Of a stretch of 64,000 nucleotides of DNA, positions 29,907 to 44,789 are shown one piece after another. Each line of letters begins with the position of its first letter. Within the stretch, counting starts at the first letter, position 1. Made by a program: the position numbers and the translations under genes. The stretch is from Eledone cirrhosa. Its lineage: Eukaryota. The stretch spans positions 19,034,001 through 19,098,000 of the forward strand of contig OZ024758.1 of the NCBI GenBank assembly GCA_964016885.1, read 5' to 3'. Below the pieces are notes generated by a model, which was given only the letters and a program-made list of their open reading frames with translations, searched no databases and had not been told where the DNA came from.

Positions 29907-29912
<6 letters not shown>
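29720..29912. mobile_element. Family D TA-embedded fold-back element
   Basis: Palindrome 29795-29912 centred on GACGGCTATTTC-agtcta-GAAATAGCCGTC-GAAAC; relatives at 3430-3525, 32050-32282, 37243-37445, 41538-41680. Confidence 0.75.
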
Positions 29913-29954
<42 letters not shown>

Positions 29955-30165
29955 TTATATGTAAATAAATATACACCTGTGCGTTGAAATTTTCAAACTT
30001 GACTGTCACCACTGAATATGACGTGAAGATTGCGAAACCATGAAAGTACTTGTACAATTAGCATTTAATTAACAATTTAATCTTCTACCATACTATTTCA
30101 TTATACTATTATTATAATTTTAAACGATTGTAAATAAAACAAGTAAATCAGACAAAGTTGGAATT

Positions 30166-30258
<93 letters not shown>

Positions 30259-30296
30259 TGTGTACATAGGTCAAGATAGTATGTGAGTATCTCTGT

Positions 30297-30333
<37 letters not shown>

Positions 30334-30359
30334 CATACGTACAGAAATATAGATAGATA

Positions 30360-30426
<67 letters not shown>

Positions 30427-30444
30427 GTAGAGAGATATAGATAG

Positions 30445-30490
<46 letters not shown>

Positions 30491-30590
30491 GTACATACAG
30501 ATATATAGGTAGATATGTGTATATAAATATACGTACAGATATACAGGTAGATATGTGTATATATATATATACGTACAGAGATATAGATAG

Positions 30591-30673
<83 letters not shown>

Positions 30674-31277
30674 CGTAAAGAGGGAGAGAGAGAGAGATGT
30701 TTAAATAGATAGATAGCAGTTTAAGTAGATGGAGAGATCCTTATTTAGTTTATACGGCTTGTAAAAGACTAGTCACTATATTTGCTTGTTATCGGTTATA
30801 AAATATCAACACTTGTTGATAATTACTTGAGTGCAGTTTACCTGGTAGGTATTTATTACAGCACAGAGAGAAATGATTGTTTGCTTAAATGTAAGGTAAA
30901 TATTGATTAGACATATTACAAAGACACCATTTACTTTCAATGGGTCCGGATTGAATATGATATCGCGTGATGTATATACTCGTTTTATTTATTGAAGGGC
31001 ATTATAGCGTTATTTTCTACTCCCTTCACCAAACCTCTATATTTTTCAAGTATAACCGAAATACATAAAAACATGATTTCGAATTTGAGCTTCAGAATTC
31101 ATATATCAATTGCCTACCAGCTGTCAGATAAATAAATACAGGCGTAAATGGGTATGTATTATGTTCTTCGTGTATATTCTTGTATACATACATACATATA
31201 TAAATAGACACGCACACGTTCATACTTATATATATATATATATATTTAAAAGAATAGAGGTGTAACACACGAGTTGT

Positions 31278-31652
31278 GATATATTGGTAAAAGGAAAAGA
31301 AAATGCTGACAAATTATTCCCTGTCAAAACTAGTTTAATTAGGAATAAGTAAACATTAGTAATAAGTATTAGTTAGTATTCAGTTTTGGTTTTAAGTTTT
31401 TACCGGTTGCGAATTTCTAATGCTTTTCAAAAATAATTTTGAGATAGCGCGCCCGTGATGTTTGCTCTAATAGAGCAAAGATCACGGGCGATCTATCTCA
31501 AAATTATTTTTGAAAAGCATTAGAAAAGCGCAACCGGTAAAAACTTAAAACCAAAACTGAATATAAACCAATACTTATAACTAATATTTAATTCTTCCTA
31601 ATTAAACTATTTTTCACTGGGAACAATTTGTCACATTTTTCTTTTCCTTTTA

Positions 31653-31660
<8 letters not shown>
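31278..31660. mobile_element. Family E fold-back element with variant hammerhead-like motif
   Basis: ~190-bp arms around TTGCTCTA-A-TAGAGCAA; 31507-31543 TTT-TTGAAAA-GCattagaaaaGC-GCAA-CCGG-TA-AAA; single-arm copy 57877-58045. Confidence 0.75.
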
Positions 31661-31731
<71 letters not shown>

Positions 31732-31761
31732 AGATCAAAAGATGGTTAAATGAGTTCCATG

Positions 31762-31832
31762 TATTTTATTATGCGCATTTCAAAAACAAATATCATCATG
31801 CAATAACATTTGTATTTTCATCAGATAAAATA
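31762..31832 (-). ncRNA. Type I hammerhead ribozyme with palindromic stem III
   Basis: Minus strand: TATTTTAT-CTGATGA-AAATACAAAT...ATTTGTTTTT-GAAA-TGCGCA-TA-ATAAAATA; 8-bp perfect stem I, canonical core. Confidence 0.8.
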
Positions 31833-31885
31833 GGAGAACATGATATGAAGGTTAAAAAACACTTGTGGATAGTGCAGTTTTAAAT

Positions 31886-31929
<44 letters not shown>

Positions 31930-32076
31930 GCATGCATACATACACACATGCATATATACATACATGCATACACACATATAAATACATGGATTGATCCCCC
32001 CATACATTGATACACAGACAGCTAGATCCGAACAGCGTTTTGGTCCAACTGGTATTTTACCACACCCTCTTTGATT

Positions 32077-32114
<38 letters not shown>

Positions 32115-32306
32115 ACAAAGAGGGTGTGGTAAGATAATAGTTTGACCATAACGCACCAGAGTACTCAATATCTAGGATAGTAGAGTGGGTAATAGGAAAA
32201 TAGTGAGGACCCCCGTCGGCTGATTGATCTCCGACCGTTTCGACAGCTAGATCTAGTCTTTGGGGTGCTAACTCTTATCTTATATATAATTATGTGTGTG
32301 TGTGTA

Positions 32307-32388
<82 letters not shown>

Positions 32389-32390
<2 letters not shown>

Positions 32391-32573
32391 ATCGTTTCTA
32401 CTTTTGGCACAAGGCCACCAAATACTCACTGTATTACTGGTACTTTATTTTATCGACCCCGTAAGGATGAAAGGCAAAGTTAACCTCGGCGGGATTTGAA
32501 CTCAGAATAGCAAGAGCCGTAACTCTATGCGTTAAAGCATGGCGTCCGACCCTCTACCGATACTGCCAATCCA
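32389..32573 (-). mobile_element. tRNA-derived SINE, near full length
   Basis: Family consensus with A and B boxes. Confidence 0.9.
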
Positions 32574-33823
32574 CGTGTGTGTGTGTCTGTGTGTGTGTGT
32601 GTGTATGTGTGTGTGTGTGCGTTGGTGTTTGTGTGTGTGTGTGTGTGTGTATGTGTGTGTACATAGAGAAGGAGGGAGACTAAATTGAACAAAGAGCGAA
32701 AATCAACAACGAAACGTGTTATCTTTTGTTCGGGACCTGACTCCGAGCCTATCACTGGCCTTGACATACTCACTAACATTGTACGAGGTGATATATTTAT
32801 TAAGACAATAATAAAGATGTGTCAACGTACTACACTATAAACCAGTTTGAGACTGATCAGCTATAAAACAATAGTAACAACATAAATTAAGAATTATTGT
32901 TGATATTGTGTTATATATTTGCCTGACATCAGTACTCGAGGGAATATGTTGTACATACAAAATATATTCCCGAATAACTAATAGTCACAAGGGAAATATA
33001 ATGTTTATTTAAATACACTACAAAGGAATAAATTGAACGTATTATAAATGTTCCTTTAAATATATTTGAAGAACGATATAGTTTGGGTTAAGTGTGTCTG
33101 CGGGCTACGGTTCAAAAGATGTAGTCAAATTTATTGTGATGCCTAATATTACAGAATTAAATGTTATCTTTCTTTAGCACATCATTATTAATGCGTGAGC
33201 CCTTAACCTCTGATGGAGGTATAGAGCCACCGTTGTTATATGCGGCGTATATTGACCGTTTAAACTTGGTTTAGTCCATTCCTCTCGGGGTAGGGTTTCA
33301 ACAAATTTCTGTGAGAGAAAGTAAAAGAAATAAGCGGAAGAGCGATATAGAAAAGAGATGCGAGATTGAGTGGTGAGGAAGGGTTATAGAGGAAGATTAA
33401 ATCCCAGTATTGAACTTGTTGACTGATGGCTACGGTTGGTCTCAGGATGGAGTTTTAAAGGCGCTGTCGTGACATCATGGACATTCAGATCTACATAAAT
33501 AAAATAAAAAATAAATAAACAGTCGGTTTATTCCAGAAAAAAAGAGAAAGAATGAATTCCCGTACGGGACAGGAACTATATTTATCGACCTCCAAATGAA
33601 AAAGGCAAAGCTGTTTGTGGTGGGAGTTGCACCCGCAGCGCTTGTATGCTACTTGTAATCATTACTATCGAATTCATTTCAATGTACTTAACACTTTCGA
33701 ACGTAAATAATATATTTCTCTACACCAATCATCGCAAAGAAAGTGAACAATTTGATATACAAAATCATGCTTATATATTTGAAATATATTCAACCTCACT
33801 TCAGAATTAATCATATGAACTCA

Positions 33824-34422
33824 CCAAGTCTCAGACCCATACAGCAGCACAGACTCCACTACAGCAATGAAGAGGCGGATTTGCAGGTCTTTACGAAGGT
33901 CCGACTTCCACAACGATCTCAAGCTGTGGCACGCCGCCCAGGCTTTGCTCTTCCTCTCAACCAGATCATCTTCCGTATTCCTAATCTTTGCTCCCAAATA
34001 CAGGAAGCCCTCAACCAATTCTAGCGGCCAAGGCCAAGAAACTCACTCTGATGGTGGATGGGTGCTACACGAGAATGCTGAGGATGGCTCTGAACATTAA
34101 TCAGTATACACTGAGGATGAAAAACTCATAGCTGTATGGGAGCATCCCAAAAGTCAGCTCAAAAGTGACACAGTGGAGACTGAGGTTAGCTGGACATGCT
34201 CATCGACATGCAGAGTTTGCATTGCACTCAGTGCTCCTGTGGGAGCCCCTACATGGATACACTAGAAAATGACGACCAAGGTTAACGTATGTTGATGCCC
34301 TAAGGACAGACACTGGTCTCTTGGAGACGCAGGACATGGCAGCGATAAGGAGGGACAGAGACCGCTGGAGAGAACTCGTCCATGATTCTCGGGAATTTTA
34401 CCCGCCTTAGATAGATAGATAG
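33824..34422. mobile_element. RTE-type LINE with inverted 5' segment and (TAGA)n tail
   Basis: 33824-34022 minus encodes VEGFLYLGAKI..AVVESVLLYGSETW; ~34034-34410 plus continues KKLTLMVDGCYTRMLR..; tail TTAGATAGATAGATAG. Confidence 0.9.
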
Positions 34423-35175
34423 AAAACTAACCAATTTCTCAGTAAAACAGAAATGAGATCTTTGCAGTCAGTTTCTGCTATGTTAAACGTCGTTAAATTT
34501 TCCTTAACGTCGCCAATCTGTCTAGACTCTACTAACACATAGAAAATATCTTGTAGGTAACACGTGTTGAAGATAATTAGCCTAATGATATTACTCAGAC
34601 GAATATTAAAACATTTCCTTCTACCAAACTCAGTATAAAAACTAAAACATTTATGCATTCGCAGGCATATTTGTAGCTGAAATATATGTAATGCAGAATC
34701 ACAACGACAAAAGCTAAATAAATTACTCACATAACCCTAAATATTACCTCATTGTTAAGACTATTTATATGTTTGAGATATTCAGTTTACCGTTCCAGAC
34801 TTGCTTATGTGTTTGGTGTACAAAAAAATGAATACTAGCTATTGGAATATAGAAAAATAGGGCCTCAATTTATACATTTCGTTACATATTATTAGTGAAA
34901 AGCACTACATATGGTGATGCATTTAAGACAATATAACCCTACCCAAATATAACAATACGTATGTGGTTTTCAATTCATTTTGAAAATTATCAGAAATCTG
35001 TAATCATTGATGTGATGTCTGTAGCAAAAATTAAATTGTTTTACATAGAATGTTCATGCATTATTTTCAGATAAATATAAAGAATATAAAATAAAAAGGT
35101 CTGTATTGCAAAGCTACTTGCAGTGTCAAAGGATTGAGGATTAAACGGGTTAAAGCAAACTTTCCAATGTCGTTG

Positions 35176-35207
<32 letters not shown>

Positions 35208-35368
35208 TAAAATAACAGATTAAAGTTTAAGCAAAGAATCGCTGCTTTCATCCCTAACGGGATTGTCTGTTATTTTAATAAATATTTGCACTACGGTTCT
35301 TATATATTTGATATATATTTATCCTTATCGAGCGTTCTTTGGATTTTAGTCTTCAAATTTATTATTAT

Positions 35369-35410
<42 letters not shown>

Positions 35411-35794
35411 GCGTACGCACCCACCTACACAAATATTCACAGGTTGGATCATGCATAATTTGTGAGAACATATATGTGCGTGTTACACAATGGCTAACGA
35501 CTTCTGTCAAATGATAACAATATGTGTATTCTCCAATATTAATATATTAATGTAGCTAATGTAATATGAGAGGAGCTTAACTTATGGCTGGATATGATAA
35601 GATATATTATGAACAGTAAATATTGTTCTAATGTACCACAATTAACACTCCTCTCAATTAGGAGTTCAGCCCCCTTGTCTAACATGAAACTTTAGGTAAT
35701 TAATATAACTTGTTTCACGAACACATATGAGAATGCAAAACATTAAATATATATGCGAGTAGTGTGTATGTATGTATGAATGTATGTATGTAAG

Positions 35795-35873
<79 letters not shown>

Positions 35874-35902
35874 AAGAAGAGACGGTTTTAAATGTACATC
35901 CT

Positions 35903-35937
<35 letters not shown>

Positions 35938-35993
35938 CACAGACAGACAAATATATATATAATATAGAAGAGACGCTTTTAAATGTATATCCT

Positions 35994-36052
<59 letters not shown>

Positions 36053-36279
36053 TACACGCACAGACACACACACACATACATATATATTGGAAGCAAACAC
36101 GAGTCCAGTACAGGGATCGACGCATCAGCACCCTCTATCTCAAATGTATGGGCTCTGAACCGCCCCGGAAAGGAATCGGGTACTTCGACATGCTTAAATG
36201 CACAATACATGCTTTGTATTCCTATGTGCTGAGCAGCATTCGCTTTACCAACAATGATTGTTGGTGCTAATGTGGATAG

Positions 36280-36318
<39 letters not shown>

Positions 36319-36321
<3 letters not shown>

Positions 36322-36369
36322 TTCTACAGGACTAGAACTGTTTCATTCTTTAGAAATCATCAGGAATCT
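36319..36369 (-). ncRNA. Type I hammerhead ribozyme (family B)
   Basis: Minus strand: AGATTC-CTGATGA-tTTCtaaaGAAt-GAAA-CAGttctagtcCTG-TA-GAATCT; GUA site. Confidence 0.8.
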
Positions 36370-36736
36370 GGGTATCAAAAAATAAATATGGTATTTATAG
36401 GTCTCTACAAGTGGTAGGAGAGGGTGGGGAGTGGGATGGGTGTAGGTCATTGGTTGATAGAAAAGGGAATTCATTAAAAGCTAATTCTACAAAGCTATAG
36501 TTTATTTTTATTTTTAGAGTAACAAAGGCAGAAAGAATTCTATAAACAGGTTCCGGATGGCATACCATTCCTTGTCATTAAGTTTCTCTTAAGCTAACAG
36601 ATGTCTATAAAATCAGTGGGGGGTCAGTCATGGAGGATAGATTTAAAGGAAAGGGAGATTCTTTAAAAGCTAAATTCATTAAGGTTCTACTATATATATA
36701 TACATATATATTTATTCTATAAATTCATTGAGGTTC

Positions 36737-36771
<35 letters not shown>

Positions 36772-36802
36772 ATTAGAAAGTGAACAACACAAAATATAAC
36801 TA

Positions 36803-36870
36803 CTCCATTACCAAAGGTTTCTGGATCATATATGATAATAATGTACGCCTGTATCGGTCGTCGGACAGAG
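36803..36870 (-). ncRNA. Hammerhead-like fold (family F; second copy 40170-40237)
   Basis: CTCTGT-CCGACGA-...-GAAA-CCtttGG-TA-ATGGAG; second copy has CTGACAA; two-copy consensus CTGACGA is canonical. Confidence 0.6.
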
Positions 36871-37107
36871 ATGTTATGGATATGAGATATGAGATTTAAA
36901 ATCTGTTAAAATGTGTGAGTGTGTGTGTGTGTGTGTGATTGTAGGCTGACCATTTCAGTAGAGCCATTGTTAGTTTAAGTAATCCTTCAAAATTAGGAGG
37001 GGGCCCCCGCCCCGGATGTGTAAATGTCTACAGGCAGCTTCGATTCTTTCTGACTTCTCTAAATATACCTGAAAAGGTATAAATACCACCACATTACTTG
37101 GACAGTA

Positions 37108-37158
37108 GGCTCCCTGATGATTTCTCCGGAATGAAACAGTTCTAGTCCTGTAGAAGCC
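37108..37158 (+). ncRNA. Type I hammerhead ribozyme (family B)
   Basis: GGCTCC-CTGATGA-tTTCtccgGAAt-GAAA-CAGttctagtcCTG-TA-GAAGCC; stem I covaries relative to the 36319 copy. Confidence 0.8.
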
Positions 37159-37176
37159 ATTTCTATATTAAATATG

Positions 37177-37247
<71 letters not shown>

Positions 37248-37613
37248 ATGTTTGACCCCCGACGGCAGAGCTCAAGCCGTTTGGAAGGCTATTTCTGGCT
37301 ATATGAGTCCAGAAATAGCCGAGAAACGGCTTGTGCTTTGCCGCCGGGGTCAAACATTTTCCTATCACCCACTCTACTACGCTAAGTATTGAGTACTCTG
37401 GTGCGTTATGGTCCATCTGGTTCTTTACCACACCTCCTTCGTTATATATATATAATCAAAAGTATATATTGAGTTAGAAACTCAAAATACTTTCTCATAA
37501 TTAAATAGCTCAAGGACAATCTTTTTTCCAGGCCGTGCAATATAATTGAGTATGACCCTTACGATTTGAACACATATATGCATATATCTGCGTTTATCTC
37601 TTTTATATTCAAT

Positions 37614-37649
<36 letters not shown>

Positions 37650-38611
37650 ATAATAATAAATTTGAAGACTAAAATCCAAAGAGGGCTCGATAAGTAATCC
37701 TTCACATTAAAGTTTACAGATTAACTTTGTTAGTTTCAGAAGATCCCGTTAAGGGTGAAAGCAGCGATTCTTTGCTTAAACTTTATTCTGTTATTTTAAT
37801 AAATATATATATATATATATATTCTTGTATGAGTGTATGTGTCGCTGCCTGTGAGTCTCAATTGTTTCGAAATTATGCTGTCCAAAGATCGATTCCAAAG
37901 CGGGTTTTCTTGAACAGAGTTTATTTATCATATATTCCGATTGATCCATCGTAGGTGATTAACCTTTGTTCGTGTAGCACTGCAAGATAAGGGATCAGCC
38001 CCGTCAAATTCGGTAAGGATTTACGTTCAGATACTAACTTTGTTACATTTAGCTTTTAAATTACGTGGCGGATACACGTGTCTCTGTAATACGAAGCTGC
38101 TTACATTTATAAGACATTCAGATGATGGAAAAACGAACTGATCATAGTATATACTGACGGAGGATCCATCATTTAGCCATCTATATTCTGGCACTCCTTG
38201 CAATAACATAAACACGAATACACTAATATACACGAATACATATATATGTATATATATTATATATGGTTCGAACGCCCGTATACAACTATGTGAGTGTGTG
38301 TAAGTGTGTGTAGGTGTATGTGTGCATATGTGTGTGTTAATGAGACAAATAAAGCTAACACCTATTGGGTCTCTATTTGTTCACATTCTTATTATATTAG
38401 ATAAAAATGTAGAAACACTTCTAACTAACAAAATTAATTAGCCTGAAATATTACTTATGTTGTGTGTGTATGTATATATATGGAGCGTAGAGGTGAAATA
38501 TATTCATATGATAATATTTATATATATAATATGTATGTGTGTATATATGCTCGGCTATATATGCATAGTTCTCTCTCGCTCTATCTTCTCTCTCAACCTC
38601 TCTGAGTGTAT

Positions 38612-39413
<802 letters not shown>

Positions 39414-40011
39414 AGTGAGATCATTTTGTGTATATATATATATTTTATGTTTGTGCCTAAACGATCATTTTTGATAAAAGCTTGAAATGTTAATTAATAT
39501 ATAACCCAGATAAAAGCGAAGAATATTAATTGATATATACCTAAGAAATATTTATCCTGAGAAACACACAGGTTTGCCAATTATTAATAACGATCTAATT
39601 TTTAATATATCCTTGAAGGTTATACTTATATTTTCTATCCTTATAACTATAACACACCTCCTCATATTATGAGGAAGCAAATAGCAATTTTATTCAATAT
39701 ATTAAACGAATTTCAATAAGATGCATTTTCCTCTTCTTTTTATCGTTGCTTCGGAGCAAAAATGGTGTTCATATGACTGTTGACACACAGCCCTTTGCAT
39801 TCTCAATGTCGTCTGCAGGGTCTTTGAGTTGCATGAGTTTTATTACAGAGAATAAACAAATCTTTGCTGCTCCATAGTCTGGTTTGCTTCTTCCACATGT
39901 TCACATTCACACTTACTTAAGCCCATAAGTAACAGATATGCCTATGTTTTCCGTGCTATTTCCAGTTCCACCATTTCTCTATAACATGTTTTGTATAGAA
40001 CGTTTCTCCCT

Positions 40012-40061
<50 letters not shown>

Positions 40062-40356
40062 ATAATAATAAATTTGAAGACTAAAATCCAAAGAGGGCTC
40101 GATAAGGATAAATATATATATATATATATATATATTTAATTAGAAAATTAACAACACAAAATATAACTACTCCATCATCAAAGGTTTCTGGATCACAGAC
40201 TATAATAATATACGTCTGGATCGGTTGTCAGACAGAGATGTGATAGATAAAAATATTACATGGAAAACAGATCCTTACGTAGATTTTCTGTGCTATTTCC
40301 AATTCCACCGTATCTCCATAACCCCTGTTTTGTATAGAAATTTAGGCCTTTTTCAA

Positions 40357-40392
<36 letters not shown>

Positions 40393-40858
40393 ATGTGTGT
40401 GTGCGTGTGTGTGAAATGTGTGGAATGCGCGTTAGAGGGATGTCTTCAGGCTGGATTTACGCTTATCACCAATGAAATGAGAATGAATTCCGTCCTTATA
40501 AGGAAGGAACTTTAATTTGAACATGTTCTATGGGCCAGGTCAAAGTCTCACAGTTTCAAATCTAGTAACACCAGATCTAGCTGTTTTGGGTGATTGTTTA
40601 CTGGATGATGAAGCCAATATGGGCTACGATGCTATTCAGGAATATATATATATAGGGAGCTTATAGATAGGACAACACACGCTGTCTTTTCGTGTGGTAA
40701 GTTTTTAATTAATTTTTGTATTCTGAAACATAAAAATACAACACATTTTGCTCACTGGACTCGGGAATATTATGACAGAAGTTTGTGGAAGTTACAGAAA
40801 CATGTTCGTATGTAGTTAGATTGTAGAATTATTCACTAATACAGGGAATTACACTTAC

Positions 40859-40955
40859 ATCATAAGGGGAATATGAACTCGCAATAATAAACATTTCATT
40901 TACGTAACGATCTCTGAGTGCTTTATTCCGACGCTGTTGCTGTATATACCTTCTT
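40859..40955 (-). CDS. Weak candidate exon RRYIQQQRRNKALRDRYVNEMFIIASSYSPYD
   Basis: Minus-strand pyrimidine tract plus CAG acceptor, GTAAGT donor, single open frame; opposite strand to the other candidates. Confidence 0.25.
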
Positions 40956-41767
40956 CTGTGGACTTGTGCAGATGTAAGAAATGAATAAAGAATGAGTTTA
41001 TAACACTGAGGCGTCAGTTTAGCTGTTGTTTACGTTATGTGATACGGATCAGTAAATGTAATGTTCCTTTATAAGTAATATAATATTATAGTGTCCAATA
41101 GCAACACTAATGTGTGATAAGGTAATCAGCTATGATTCAGTCAGCAGTTTTTAGTCAGGGATTGATACATTATGTACAGGTTTTGCCAATGATGCATTTC
41201 ATAAGTAGAGCGCCTTTAAAGAGATGGGAAGAATTAAACTATACGAAGTAATATTTACTTATATTACAGTGTGATTTGTCACGTAAAGTGTGGTCAAATT
41301 GTTAATAAATGAAATGGACAACATGCCTTTTTGTGTTTCCGTTTGGGCCTGATGCATATAATATAAAAATATACACTCACACACACATACATACATGTAC
41401 ACACACACACACATACACACGCACACCCACGCACACCCACGAACACATACACGCACACACATACACGCGCACATACACACGCACACACACACACACTCAC
41501 ACACACACACACACATATATATAAATATATATATATAGGGACAGATCTACCTGTCGAAACAGCCGGAGCTCAGCCGTCGGGGTCCTGACAGGTTTTCCTA
41601 TTACCCACTCTACTAGCCTAAGTATCGAGTATTCTGGTGCGTTATGGACCACCTGGTTTCTTGCCACTCTTTCTTTGTTATATATAGATGTGTGCATGTG
41701 TGTGGTGATATGTATTTCCGTAGAAAATGTTATGGAAAGAAGAGTGCTCTATGTATATTACAGAGCT

Positions 41768-41978
41768 ATTTAATTATATAATAAACAATACGATATAATT
41801 ATTCCATTACCCGAGGTTTAACGAAATTAGACGATTCTAACAAAAACGTCCAGTTCGCTCATCTATATAGATGTTTCATCTGATGAGTGAACTGGACGTT
41901 TCTGTTAGAATCGTCTAATTTCGTGAAACCTTGAGCAATGGAATAATTATATTGTGTTGTTTATTATATAATTAAATA
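41768..41978. mobile_element. Fold-back element containing a hammerhead with long stem II (41874-41943 +)
   Basis: TTTCAT-CTGATGA-GTGAAcTGGACG..CGTCTAaTTTCGT-GAAA-CC..; left arm supplies CCTCGGG-TA-ATGGAA; each arm has a different lesion. Confidence 0.7.
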
Positions 41979-42369
41979 CAAATATATATTTATAGTTAGG
42001 TTTTTCATGATGAACATAATGGTGATATTGTAATAAAACATATGTTCGCTAACACACACGCGCCCGCATATACGTATACACATATATTATAAATACTACT
42101 AGAGACAGAAAAGTGCATACATACGCCTGTGGGAATCAAAACAAACATTATATTTATTAAGTACAGATCTAACAACAAGGCTATTTTAATGAGACATACT
42201 GACGTTTATATTAGGTCACTATTTATAGGTCACAAGTATAGTTGATAGAATTGAACCTAATATTTGGTTTGAGAATGCCAGAACCATGAAATGCTACGAA
42301 TATACTGTCACGAATATACCTAGCCATTTTCTTTTTTAATAGCCTTCCTGTCCATATTACTTTTAAAAG

Positions 42370-42503
42370 ACACTGAGTGCAGTGTCAACTCTGGATGTCG
42401 GTGAGCATGTCCAGCTAACCCCAGTCTCCTCTATGCCACTGAATTTTGGGAAGCTCCCGTACAGCACTGAGTACTTCATCCTCAGTGTATACTGATTAAT
42501 GTT
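42370..42503 (-). mobile_element. RTE-type LINE internal fragment
   Basis: CACTGAGTGCAGTGTCAACTCTGGATGTCGGTGAGCATGTCCAGC..GTATACTGATTAATGTT matches 29450-29589 with a deletion. Confidence 0.85.
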
Positions 42504-43042
42504 ATAAACAATCAAAAATAACAGCTTGATAGGATAAAAGTGGTTTTGATTTTGGACGATTTGGTATCAATACGGGTAATATATTTTGATTAAGATTTAT
42601 TATAGTATTCCCTCCAATACACATCCAAAACTGTCAATAAGAAAGTAAAGAGACGAATATTTTAGATGGGGAGCAGTGTTGTTTAAATTAACCAAGAGCC
42701 TATCTATTACTGATGTTATTGGAACTATATTCAAAGACGGAAGGCTTGTAATCATATGACTTTCTGTTATCAATTTTCAGCGGTTCTAAAGCTGTTAATC
42801 TATTTCCAAGTGTGGAGTGAATAGGATTCTATAATGAATTAAACCATCTCAAAGTCCTACTTCTAATATATTTTAATTTGGACGCAAATTGGCTAAATCG
42901 TTAATCAAATTGCTTCAAAATCATGAAGTCTTGTGTTTGATGCCACTGCAGACCTGCCAAAATCTCAAAACCCCAACGGGGCGCATCATGGAAAAGGGTG
43001 CCCTAAACGGGGGAAATTAGGCAAAATGGGAAGATTTTACAT

Positions 43043-43428
43043 AATTGTTTCTACTTTTGGCACAAGGCCAGCAATTACCCAGTGCATTACTGGTACTTTA
43101 TTTTATCGACCCCGTAAGGATGAAAGGCAAAGTTAACCTTGGCGGGATTTGAACTCAGAATGGCAAGGGACGTAACTCTATGCGTCAAAGCATGGCGTCC
43201 GACCCTCTACCGATACTGCCAATCCACCGCCCTACTATAATTGTTTCTACGTTAGGCACAAGGCCAGCAATTACCCAGTGTATTACTGGCACTTTATTTT
43301 ATCAACCCCGTAAGGATGAAAGGCAAAGTTAACCTCGGCGGGATTTGAACTCAGAATAGCAAGGGCCGTAACTCTATGCGTCAAAGCATGGCGTCCGACC
43401 CTCTACCGATACTGCCAATCCACCGCCC
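43043..43428 (-). mobile_element. Tandem dimer of full-length tRNA-SINE with shared target-site duplication
   Basis: Copies 43043-43232 and 43238-43428; GAAGATTTTACATAAT at 43030 and 43431. Confidence 0.92.
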
Positions 43429-44069
43429 TTGAAGATTTTACATAATGAAAAGCTATACCCTTTTTCACAAGAGAATATATCTCTGAACTCCCCTAACGTG
43501 AGTGGGAGATCTTCCCGTCGAACGTGAACAGTTAACAGATCTGCCGCTGCATATTATGTTGGGTAAGAATTACTTCCCATAGTTTCATGTCAACACATGA
43601 CGTCTAAATGAAATTGGGTAACCAGACTCCTTTAGAAAACTCTTCAAATGGACATTACCTGCAGCTCAACTATTTGTATGCTCCTAAATATAACATATTC
43701 TCCCACGCTGCTATTTCCATTTGCTAAATGTAGTTTAGAATCGAATATATACCTTCGTTCTTTTGTATTATTTATTCATGTAGTTATTTATTTAATGATT
43801 CATATATTATTAGGCAGCATGTTTAAATAAAAGCATACACTCAGAAAGACCTGTATACACACAGACATGGCATACTTATATAACCCTGTATTTATAATTG
43901 TATTAGTCAATACATGCATATATGTATATATGTGTGTGTTCGTGTATTTGTAGGTATATGTGTATATGTGTGTGTATATGTTTGCGCCTGTACGTACACA
44001 GACACAGACACACACACATATATAAGTGTGTGTGTGTGTGTGTGTGTATGTATGTGTGTGTATACAAAC

Positions 44070-44778
<709 letters not shown>

Positions 44779-44789
44779 TGTTTGAAACA

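Noticed and set aside
30010-30056. CTGAATA...GAAAGTACTT
   Set aside because: G8 missing and no stem I
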